Of a stretch of 64,000 nt of DNA, positions 56,647-64,000 are shown piece after piece. This stretch comes from Lentisphaeria bacterium (GTDB lineage Bacteria > Verrucomicrobiota > Lentisphaeria > JABSQK01 > JAWLHB01). Location: NCBI GenBank assembly GCA_041690595.1, contig JAWLHB010000027.1, forward strand, positions 35,729 to 99,728, read 5' to 3'. Both the position numbers and the translations under genes were made by a program. The notes below the pieces were generated by a model. That model had not been told where the DNA came from and did not search any database. It worked only from the letters and a program-made list of their open reading frames with translations. The stretch's first letter is position 1. Every line of letters starts with the position of its first letter.

Positions 56647-58179
56647 ATGATCTTACGATGTCTTGACGGGCCAATGCGTGGATCCATCTACACCGTCGAT
56701 GAAGATGGCGCCGAGATCGGCAGAAGCCCCGCCTGCCGGATCTCCATTGACGATGGCGAAGCCTCACGCGAACATGCCCGCATCTCCTGGGACAACGGCT
56801 TTCGCATTCAGGATCTTGGCAGCACCAACGGCGTCTTCGTCAATGGCGAAAAAATCATCGGCCTTCATCGACTGGACAATGGAGACCGCGTGCGCGTCGG
56901 CAACAGCCTCTTTGTCGCCGAAGAGATAACCCCCCCCGTCGAAACCGCGGCGGGTGCCGGTGAGACAATCCCGGTCCCCCACCATGAAAGGCCGCGCCAT
57001 CTGCTGCGTAATCTCACCTGGGTTGCTCTCCTCCTCGTTGCCATCTTCGCGGCATGGTGGATCTTCGGCGATCGGCTGCTGAAGCAGCCTCCGGACACGC
57101 CTCCCATTACGGAACTCCAGCCTGAAGAACAGGACGACGAAGAAGAACTCTCTCCCTTTGCGCCAGTGATCGAGGAAGATGACCTCGCCCTTCTCGAAAT
57201 GGCACGCGACGAGGCCGAGCCCTCCTGGGAAGAAGAGGATCCGGGTGCATCCAGCGAGACCACCCCCGCCGAGCAACAACCGGACCCGCCCCCCGCCGAT
57301 GAGGCCGCCACCGCCGCCCCACGGCTGGCCGGCTACCTTTGGGTCGACACGCTGCCGAGCGGCGCTTCCGTCAGTCTCAATGGCGAACTAAAGGGACAGA
57401 CTCCGCTCTTGCTGAGCCAGTTGCCGCCGGGGCGCTACAGTCTCACCTTCTCCCTCGACTATCACGAGCCGGCCGAGCGCTTCTTCGAGCTGCCCACCGA
57501 CGGAGAACAGAAGGTCGTCACCCTGCGCCAGCTGAATGGCACCTGCCGGGTCACGTCGAATCCCACCGGCGCCAGTGTCTGGCTCGGCCCGAAACTGCTG
57601 GGCGAAACGCCCCTCATCGTCGCTGGTCTCGCCCCCGGCGACCATCCGTTGCGCCTCGCCCTCCCCGGCCATACGGCGCTCAATGTGCAGGCCACCATTC
57701 TCCCCGACCGCTTCACCGCGGCGTCAGCCGACCTCACTCCTCAATTCGGAACCCTGGTCGTTACCTCCATCCCTCCCGGCATGCTCATCCGCATCGACGA
57801 CACCATCCAGGGGAGCACCCCCGCCGCGGCGCCCGGCGAGGCCGCATCCCTTCCGCTCGAACTCGATGGCATCGGCGCTGGCCGGCACGTCGTGCAGGCC
57901 ACCCTCGCCGAAGAGAGCGCGGAGCCCCAGACCATCGAGATGGTCGCCGGCGACCGTCAGGAACTGCGGATCGTCATCTGGCGACCAACCGTTCGTCTGC
58001 GCATGACCAACGGCAAGAGCTGGGTCGCCATGCTCGCCGGCGAGACCACCGACAGCTATCTTCTGGTCTCCTACACCCACGAGGTGATGCGGGTGGCTCG
58101 CCAATTGGTCGAGTCCATGGAGCCCCTTACCCAGGAAGAGCAGCAGCGCCTGCTCCAGCAACTCCAGAACCGCGAGTAA
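56647..58179 (+). CDS. FHA-domain membrane protein with C-terminal PEGA repeats
   Basis: N-terminal FHA (GRSPACRISIDDGEASREHARI...GSTNGVFVNGEKI). TM helix (LTWVALLLVAIFAAWWIF). Acidic linker. Three PEGA-like modules (GASVSLNG..GQTP, GASVWLGP..GETP, GMLIRIDD..GSTP). Confidence 0.8.
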   Translation: MILRCLDGPMRGSIYTVDEDGAEIGRSPACRISIDDGEASREHARISWDNGFRIQDLGSTNGVFVNGEKIIGLHRLDNGDRVRVGNSLFVAEEITPPVETAAGAGETIPVPHHERPRHLLRNLTWVALLLVAIFAAWWIFGDRLLKQPPDTPPITELQPEEQDDEEELSPFAPVIEEDDLALLEMARDEAEPSWEEEDPGASSETTPAEQQPDPPPADEAATAAPRLAGYLWVDTLPSGASVSLNGELKGQTPLLLSQLPPGRYSLTFSLDYHEPAERFFELPTDGEQKVVTLRQLNGTCRVTSNPTGASVWLGPKLLGETPLIVAGLAPGDHPLRLALPGHTALNVQATILPDRFTAASADLTPQFGTLVVTSIPPGMLIRIDDTIQGSTPAAAPGEAASLPLELDGIGAGRHVVQATLAEESAEPQTIEMVAGDRQELRIVIWRPTVRLRMTNGKSWVAMLAGETTDSYLLVSYTHEVMRVARQLVESMEPLTQEEQQRLLQQLQNRE

Positions 58180-58297
58180 CTTTCCTCCCCCGCCTGATCC
58201 GCCCGCCCCGACTCGCCCGCCCCTTCCCCACTTGCATGTGCGGCCCATCTTGATCTACTGTAACCGCCTTTCACCAATCACCCCATGGAGATACCCG

Positions 58298-58849
58298 ATG
58301 AAGCTGCTTTCCCTCTTGATGACAACGATGTTCGCCTTCGCCGTTGCTGCTGCCGAGCCCGCCACCGTGCATGAATTCAAGGTCAAGGATATCCAGGGCA
58401 AAGAAGTTGACCTGGCGCAATACCGCGACAAGGTGCTGCTCATCGTTAACGTCGCCAGTAAATGCGGTTACACGCGCCAGTACAAAGGGTTACAGGCTCT
58501 TTACGAAACCTATGGCGACCGCGGACTTGCTATTCTCGCTTTTCCCGCCAACGACTTTGGTTCCCAGGAGCCCGGCTCCAATCAGGAGATCGCTGCCTTC
58601 TGCACCAAGAATTTCGGCGTGACCTTCGACATGTTCGAGAAGATCACCGTCAAAGGTGATCAGAAGGCGCCCCTCTTTGGCTGGCTCACCTCCCAGCCCA
58701 CGGAACCTGAAGGAGCCGGAGAGATCAGCTGGAACTTCAACAAGTTCCTCGTCGCCAAGGACGGCACCATCATTGCCAGGTACAGTTCCAAAGTCGAGCC
58801 GGAAAGTGAGACCCTTACCGCGGCAATCGAAAAAGCCCTGGCTGAATGA
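58298..58849 (+). CDS. Glutathione peroxidase (secreted/periplasmic)
   Basis: VNVASKCGYT, FPANDFGSQEPG and WNFNKFLV GPx motifs. Signal peptide MKLLSLLMTTMFAFAVAAA. Confidence 0.9.
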   Translation: MKLLSLLMTTMFAFAVAAAEPATVHEFKVKDIQGKEVDLAQYRDKVLLIVNVASKCGYTRQYKGLQALYETYGDRGLAILAFPANDFGSQEPGSNQEIAAFCTKNFGVTFDMFEKITVKGDQKAPLFGWLTSQPTEPEGAGEISWNFNKFLVAKDGTIIARYSSKVEPESETLTAAIEKALAE

Positions 58850-60907
58850 TCAATGCCGGGCGCTCTGTATTGCTTCGCGAAGATGGCTGAAATCGCTGCC
58901 CTTTGTAAAGAAGCTGGACGCGCCCGCCTCCCTCATGGCTTGCCGTATTAGCGGGTCGTCGCTCACCGAGAGGCCGATCACGTAAAGAGTCGGGTGCGCC
59001 TGCTTCAGTTGGCGCGTTGCCTCGACGCCATTCAACTTCGGCATGTTGATGTCGATGATCGCCACTTCCGGGTCCAAGGTCGATACCAGCTCCAGCAGGT
59101 GCACGCCGTCGGCCGCTTCCCCCAGAACCACAAGATCTTCCTCCATCTGCAGAAGACCCGCCAACCCCGCGCGCACAATCTCATGATCGTCCGCCAGGAC
59201 AACGCTGATCTTCCCCGTTCGCCGGCCATCTTCCCGCACCGCCGCGGGTGAAGGCTCCAGCGTGATCTCGCCGGTTTCGACCGGTATTTCCGCCCCCACC
59301 ATGGCAGGTGCATGCACATGAATCCTGCAACCCTGACCGGGAGTACTCTCCACCACCAGGTTGCCGCCCAGCAGAGCCAGACGATCCCGTGCGCTGCAAA
59401 GGCCGGTCCCCGCCGGGGTGTCACCTTCCAGCGATTTCGGGTCCATGCCGGCGCCTTCGTCGCTTACCACCAGGTGGATGAACGAGTCGTTCTCGGTGCT
59501 GCGCAAAGTCGCCGTGTCGATGCCCGCGTGCTTGACCACGTTGAAGAGCAACTCCCGCACGATCTCGAAAACTTGGTACTTGATGTCGTAATCCGTCGGA
59601 TCACGCATCGTATTCAACTCCAGAACGACCCGCAGCTTGTGCCGATCATGCATGAATGTCGCCAACCAGTGCAGCGCTTCCGCCAGACTGTTTTCCCGCA
59701 GCGGATACGGGCGAAGCTCGGCAGACAGCGAACGGGTCTCGTCGACCGCTTCCCGAAGCAGCAGCCCCAGCTCGTCCCCAACCTCTTCCCGCGTCGATGG
59801 ATTGGTTGTCTTGCGAAGCACGTGCGCCCGCATGATCGCCGCGGTCAGCGTCTGTTGCAGCGAATCATGCAGTACTCGCCCCATCCGCTCCCGCTCCCGT
59901 TCTTCCGCCCGCGTCAATTCATTGACCAGCCGCCGCAACTGCAGCGCCCGCCGATTGAGCTGGCGTGTCCGTTCCGCCACCCGCTCTTCGAGACGATTGT
60001 TCAGCACGCTCAACTGCCGCTCCAACTGCTTGCGCTTGCTGATGTCCAGATGAATGCCGGCCCAGGAGCGTATCTTGCCCTGCTTGTCGCGGAAAGGCCG
60101 CCCTTGCGTCAGGATGTCGTGCCACTGATTGTCCACGCCCCACAGACGGTACTCGCATTGCCAGTCGTTGCCCGTATGGCAGCCGCTCTTCCAGAAGGAA
60201 AGCACCTGCTGCAGATCGTCTGGATGCACCCGGTCCAGCCACGGCCGCGGACTCTCGCTCAACTCTTCCAGCCTGTGACCCAGGATCTTCAGAAAACTAT
60301 CCGACAGGTAGAGCGCCCGGCCCTCCGGATCGCACAACCACGCTCCATAAGGAAGCGTCTGGCTGATGATCGCATACAACTCTTCCCGATCATGCAGATC
60401 CTGTTCCACCGCCAGTTGCTCCGTACGATCGGCTACGATCACTTGCAGCCATCCCTTCGTCTCGCCTTCGATCGGCACGCACGACATGAGAATGTTCGAT
60501 CCAGCGGCATCAGGCTGCCCCTTGGCCACTATCGATTGCGCTTCTCCGCTCTCACGTACCAGGTTGAGAAGCCCGTCGATTCGCTCTCGCGATTCGTTCG
60601 CGAAACAGCACGACAGGTGGCTACCTATTGCCTCCCCGGCCTTACAGCCCAACACCCTCTCCGCTACACGGTTCCACGTCGATATTCTGCCGATCGGATC
60701 GATGCAGAACGCCGCCATACTCTTCTGGTGGCGCTCCAACGAAAGCGCCATGGACTCATCTTCGCCCCCGCTATTGGCACGATGACCTAAAGCGTGGCGC
60801 AGGTCGGGGGGTATGGGCCGCTGGATGCTCATTGGCGGAAAGCTCCAGTCATCCGACTGCAGGATAAAAGGAAAGGCGTGTTCACCTTTCACTATACACC
60901 GAGCCAA
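58850..60907 (-). CDS. Hybrid sensor histidine kinase: PAS - HisKA_3 (NarX/DegS-type H-box) - HATPase - C-terminal receiver
   Basis: H-box RVLHDSLQQTL. ATPase G-boxes (DEGAGM, GTGL). C-terminal REC (ISVVLADDHEIVRAGL...DINMPKLNG). True start probably internal (e.g. MSIQRP or MALSLE). Confidence 0.8.
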   Translation of the reverse strand: MARCIVKGEHAFPFILQSDDWSFPPMSIQRPIPPDLRHALGHRANSGGEDESMALSLERHQKSMAAFCIDPIGRISTWNRVAERVLGCKAGEAIGSHLSCCFANESRERIDGLLNLVRESGEAQSIVAKGQPDAAGSNILMSCVPIEGETKGWLQVIVADRTEQLAVEQDLHDREELYAIISQTLPYGAWLCDPEGRALYLSDSFLKILGHRLEELSESPRPWLDRVHPDDLQQVLSFWKSGCHTGNDWQCEYRLWGVDNQWHDILTQGRPFRDKQGKIRSWAGIHLDISKRKQLERQLSVLNNRLEERVAERTRQLNRRALQLRRLVNELTRAEERERERMGRVLHDSLQQTLTAAIMRAHVLRKTTNPSTREEVGDELGLLLREAVDETRSLSAELRPYPLRENSLAEALHWLATFMHDRHKLRVVLELNTMRDPTDYDIKYQVFEIVRELLFNVVKHAGIDTATLRSTENDSFIHLVVSDEGAGMDPKSLEGDTPAGTGLCSARDRLALLGGNLVVESTPGQGCRIHVHAPAMVGAEIPVETGEITLEPSPAAVREDGRRTGKISVVLADDHEIVRAGLAGLLQMEEDLVVLGEAADGVHLLELVSTLDPEVAIIDINMPKLNGVEATRQLKQAHPTLYVIGLSVSDDPLIRQAMREAGASSFFTKGSDFSHLREAIQSARH

Positions 60908-61103
60908 TCACTGTCGGCAACGCCGCGCCTCTTCAATCTGGTGGGGTGAGACAAAGTGGCGCTGGTGGCGGCGGGGGGCGCGACGGTATGCATGCGCTGA
61001 TGATGAGGTGTGTCTTAATGGCGCATGTCATGCCTTCGGTCACGGTGGGGAAAAGAATCGTAAGTGACTGTAAAGTCGAGACTTAATGTTCGTGATGTGG
61101 GTT

Positions 61104-61119
61104 TGGCATGCTCGCTGCT
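61104..61119 (+). promoter_or_regulatory. Sigma-54-type -24/-12 promoter candidate (TGGCAT-GCTCG-CTGCT) 67 nt upstream of the first Hsp20 gene
   Basis: Near-identical to the amtB candidate (TGGCATG...CTGCT). Canonical GG/GC spacing. Confidence 0.45.
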
Positions 61120-61185
61120 TTATCACCACTCGAGAATACCAAACGGTAGGTATGGCTCAACCAACAACAATGGAGGATACACACC

Positions 61186-61605
61186 ATGTACTGGCCAACC
61201 ACCTACAGCAACCTCAATGGCTTCAACCGCTTGCTCGATGAGATGAATCGCCTCTGGGGCAACGGCGCAAGCCAGACTGCCTTCCCCAAGGTCAATGCCC
61301 ATACCAATGAAGATGGCATGGTCATTACCATGGAGCTCCCAGGCATCGATCCAGACGCCTTGGATATTCAGCTCAGGGAGAACCAACTCACCATCAGTGG
61401 CAAGATCGAGAAACGGAACGTCGAAGAGGGCGAGCGCTATCATCGTAATGAGCGGCGACACGGCTCCTTCAGCCGCCAGTTCACTCTCCCCTTCCGCGTC
61501 CAGGCCGACAAGATCAAGGCCAACAGCTCCAACGGCGTGCTGGCCCTGACTCTGCCGAAGGTCGAAGAAGAGAAGCCACGCAAGATCGCCATCCAGGTCG
61601 CCTGA
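61186..61605 (+). CDS. Hsp20/alpha-crystallin family small heat-shock protein (1 of 3)
   Basis: Alpha-crystallin domain motifs (PKVNAHTNEDGMVITMELPG, GVLALTLPK). Confidence 0.9.
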   Translation: MYWPTTYSNLNGFNRLLDEMNRLWGNGASQTAFPKVNAHTNEDGMVITMELPGIDPDALDIQLRENQLTISGKIEKRNVEEGERYHRNERRHGSFSRQFTLPFRVQADKIKANSSNGVLALTLPKVEEEKPRKIAIQVA

Positions 61606-61633
61606 CCGAGCTTAAACAAAAGGAGAGATTACC

Positions 61634-62026
61634 ATGAACAGCGATACACTCACTCGTCGCGAAGAGAACGGCACGGTGACCCGCGAAGAAAAACGCTTCG
61701 CCTTCACCCCCAAGTGCGACATCTGGGAAAATCAAAACTCCGTCTACCTCGAAGTCGAGATGCCCGGGGTGACCGATCAAAACGTCGACGTCTCACTCGA
61801 AGATGGCATCCTCACCATCCTCGGGCGTGTTGAACCCCTCAACCTCGAAGGCTACAGCCGCGTCTATGCGGAATACGAAGACGGCAACTTCGAACGATCC
61901 TTCAGGATCTCCGATGAGATCGACGAGGAGAAGATCTCCGCGACCATGAAGCACGGGCTCCTCCGCCTCGAACTGCCGAAGCGTGAGGCCGTCAAGCCGC
62001 GGCGAATCTCCGTCACCGCCGCATAA
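61634..62026 (+). CDS. Hsp20/alpha-crystallin family small heat-shock protein (2 of 3)
   Basis: CDIWENQNSVYLEVEMPGV and HGLLRLELPK. AGGAG RBS. Confidence 0.9.
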   Translation: MNSDTLTRREENGTVTREEKRFAFTPKCDIWENQNSVYLEVEMPGVTDQNVDVSLEDGILTILGRVEPLNLEGYSRVYAEYEDGNFERSFRISDEIDEEKISATMKHGLLRLELPKREAVKPRRISVTAA

Positions 62027-62060
62027 CCCAGGAGCGACATGATCCAAAGGAGGAACTCTC

Positions 62061-62567
62061 ATGAACATTCGTGACATGATCCCCTTCAATAAAAATCGCG
62101 AGCATGGGATGACGCGGACGGAACGAAGCCTTCCCCCGCAACCAACCCTCACACCCTTCAACCAGCTCTGGAATGACATGGACACCTTCTTCGAAAACTT
62201 CTTCGGAGAATACCCGTCAAGTCGCCAGGACTTCAGCCTGACCCCCAGAATCAACCTGAGTGAAACGGACAACGTTCTCCAGATTGAAGCGGAGATGCCA
62301 GGCATGGAGGAAAAGGACATCGAGCTGGCCGTCGATGAAGGTCATCTCGTCATGCGTGGCGAGAAACGGCGCGAATGCAACGAGAACGATGGCGGCAGGC
62401 GGCGCATCGAATGCAGCTACGGCCGCTTCGAACGGACCATTCCCTTGCCCGACTACGTCAAGGCGCATGAAGCCAAAGCGAAATACCGCAACGGCGTTCT
62501 CTATGTGGAGATCCCGAAAGATCCCAAGCGGTCCGAAGGTAAACGCATTCCCGTGACCGCCGGCTGA
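62061..62567 (+). CDS. Hsp20/alpha-crystallin family small heat-shock protein (3 of 3)
   Basis: PRINLSETDNVLQIEAEMPGM and NGVLYVEIPK. AGGAGG RBS. Confidence 0.9.
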   Translation: MNIRDMIPFNKNREHGMTRTERSLPPQPTLTPFNQLWNDMDTFFENFFGEYPSSRQDFSLTPRINLSETDNVLQIEAEMPGMEEKDIELAVDEGHLVMRGEKRRECNENDGGRRRIECSYGRFERTIPLPDYVKAHEAKAKYRNGVLYVEIPKDPKRSEGKRIPVTAG

Positions 62568-62590
62568 TCGAATCAACCCCCAAGCCCAGC

Positions 62591-62633
62591 GCCCGCCAGC
62601 CGTGGATACCCAACCCGGTTGGCGGGCCTTTTG
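62591..62633 (+). terminator. Rho-independent terminator after the Hsp20 operon (GCCCGCCAGCCG-loop-CGGTTGGCGGGC + CTTTTG)
   Basis: 12-bp stem (one G-U pair) plus U-run read directly. Confidence 0.55.
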
Positions 62634-62637
62634 CTGC

Positions 62638-64000
62638 CTACCTGCCCAGCTTCGCCCGCACCTTGTCGAAGCCCCAGCGGAACATCGTGAAGGGCTCCGC
62701 GATGCGCAGCAGATACGCGAAGACAACATACGCGATGAGCCCGGCCGTCCCCGCGCCGACCAGCTTGCCGAAGAGCAGCAGCTTCGTCATCTTGCTCAGG
62801 TTCACCTCGTCGATCACCGGGATCAACTGGTTGAGGACCAGCATCACCACCCAGCCGCCGGCGCCGGTAATCGCGGCAAGTATCGAAAGCCGCCCCAGAA
62901 AGAGCAGCGTATCCCGAACCGGAAGCATCGGAATCGTCCGCTTCAGGAAGGTCACCAACGTCAGCGTCTTCAGCATCCGCGAAATCACATACCCCAGGAT
63001 GACCGCCAGTAGCGCCTCCGTCCCATGAAGGCCGATCAGCCTTACAAATATGTAACTGATGCCAATGCTCAGCGCCGAATAAACGATGCCGATCACCGTC
63101 ACCGAAATCATCTTCCGATTCGCGAAATAGCCTTGCATGAAGACGTACTCCAGCGCAAAGGCAGGCAGCACAAACATGTAGCAGGCCGCGGCAAGTCCAG
63201 CCAGTCGCGCCGACTCCACCGAGACCTCGCCGCGGGCAAAGAGCAGCACCGCGATCGGCTCCGATAGCGCCGCAAGAAGCAGGCTCACCGGGATGAAGAA
63301 GGACAGAAGCATCCGCGTCGACTGCGTGAGCAACTCCCCAAGCTTCTTCCAGTCCTTCCGGTCCACCAACTCGCACAGAAAGGGAAACATCGCGATCGAC
63401 ACCGCATACGGGACCAACCACGAAAGCCCCTGAAACAACTTCCGCCCGAAGCTGTTCGCTTGGATCAGCAGCGCGCTCTCCTGCTTCAGATACGAGAGAA
63501 TCGTGATGTTGTTGTAGATGTCCCTCGCCTTCGCGAACAGGATCCCGGCAAGCAGCGGCAGCATCAACCATAAAAGCGTCCGCAGCGCCGGCGATTTCAG
63601 GTCCAAAGACGGGCGCACGAACCGCAACTGCCGAAGGAGCCCAAGCATGTGCGTCAGCAGCTTGGCGATACTGCCCACCAGCAGCCCGAAAACCAGCGCC
63701 ATGTAGTCCATTCCGAAAAGCCCCATCCCCACAAACATGAAGAGGATGACACAGAACTTCCACGACGCATCTCCGATTGCCGCCAGAAAAAAGTGCTTGT
63801 ATCCATTCAGCAGCATGTACGTCGTCGACCCCAGTGACAGGAACAGCAGGCTCGGCGCCAGCCACGGAAGACTCTGCACCGCAAGATTATACGCCGTGGG
63901 ATCCACCGCCTCGTCCCAGTACGTGAACAGACGCACCACCACTTCCGGAAAACAGACAATCACCAGAATCGTTCCCAAGAGCAGAATCGCCTGAAGCGTG
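62638..64000 (-). CDS. murJ: Lipid II flippase MurJ (MviN), C-terminal ~450 aa; N-terminus lies beyond window end
   Basis: Multi-TM MOP-superfamily protein. Characteristic MurJ length/topology and motifs (FFIPVSLLLAALSEPIAVLLF, YMFVLPAFALEYVFMQGYFA). Confidence 0.8.
   Translation of the reverse strand, partial: TLQAILLLGTILVIVCFPEVVVRLFTYWDEAVDPTAYNLAVQSLPWLAPSLLFLSLGSTTYMLLNGYKHFFLAAIGDASWKFCVILFMFVGMGLFGMDYMALVFGLLVGSIAKLLTHMLGLLRQLRFVRPSLDLKSPALRTLLWLMLPLLAGILFAKARDIYNNITILSYLKQESALLIQANSFGRKLFQGLSWLVPYAVSIAMFPFLCELVDRKDWKKLGELLTQSTRMLLSFFIPVSLLLAALSEPIAVLLFARGEVSVESARLAGLAAACYMFVLPAFALEYVFMQGYFANRKMISVTVIGIVYSALSIGISYIFVRLIGLHGTEALLAVILGYVISRMLKTLTLVTFLKRTIPMLPVRDTLLFLGRLSILAAITGAGGWVVMLVLNQLIPVIDEVNLSKMTKLLLFGKLVGAGTAGLIAYVVFAYLLRIAEPFTMFRWGFDKVRAKLGR

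Noticed and set aside
1-64000. tRNA, rRNA, integrase or transposase genes, toxin-antitoxin pairs or known defence systems
   Set aside because: None recognised by eye. No cloverleaf-like conserved tRNA motifs, no IS-like terminal inverted repeats, no recombinase-like ORF. Cannot fully exclude small RNAs without covariance-model searches.

Overview
GC-rich (~62%) window, probably from a PVC-superphylum bacterium (Verrucomicrobia/Planctomycetes/Kiritimatiellae-like). The evidence is a DUF1559 prepilin-type pseudopilin, a partial GspF/PilC gene and very high CAZyme density. Layout: (1) 1-5.2 kb: partial GspF/PilC, a VOC/glyoxalase-like gene, and a ydbH-ynbE-ydbL (AsmA-like lipid transport) operon. 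(2) 5.2-47 kb: a glycan-utilisation supercluster on both strands holding GH42, GH78, GH36-like, GH10-like, two clan GH-A enzymes with CBM9-like modules, a GH94-like (alpha/alpha)6 enzyme, a DUF4838 protein, esterases, a purple-acid-phosphatase-like phosphoesterase, a sugar ABC transporter (SBP + 2 permeases), an FAD-dependent oxidoreductase, AraC(PocR-like) and two paralogous LacI regulators. Most of these genes overlap or are translationally coupled along one ~18.6 kb minus-strand gene string. A class-I DAHP synthase and a URO-D-family gene are embedded in this region. (3) 47-55 kb: SRAP/YedK, then a nitrogen-regulation island (ptsP/EI-Ntr, glnK, amtB, and a GAF-type sigma-54 activator that is NifA-like). 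(4) 55-64 kb: peptide deformylase, an FHA-PEGA membrane protein, glutathione peroxidase, a PAS-HisKA_3-REC hybrid kinase, three tandem Hsp20 genes and a partial murJ. No rRNA, tRNA, CRISPR or obvious mobile element was seen. The most interesting unannotated signals are: (a) a 22-codon leader ORF rich in Phe/Tyr/Trp codons with terminator and antiterminator hairpins upstream of the DAHP synthase, a candidate aromatic-amino-acid attenuator; (b) three sigma-54-type -24/-12 elements (amtB-glnK, the operon downstream of the NifA-like gene, and the Hsp20 trio), two of them each preceded ~115 bp upstream by near-identical inverted repeats flanking the activator gene; (c) a 45-codon secreted micro-ORF translationally coupled to the ABC substrate-binding gene; (d) a low-GC orphan ORF island and short tandem repeats. 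All functional calls are from reading motifs and gene context by eye. No database search was run.
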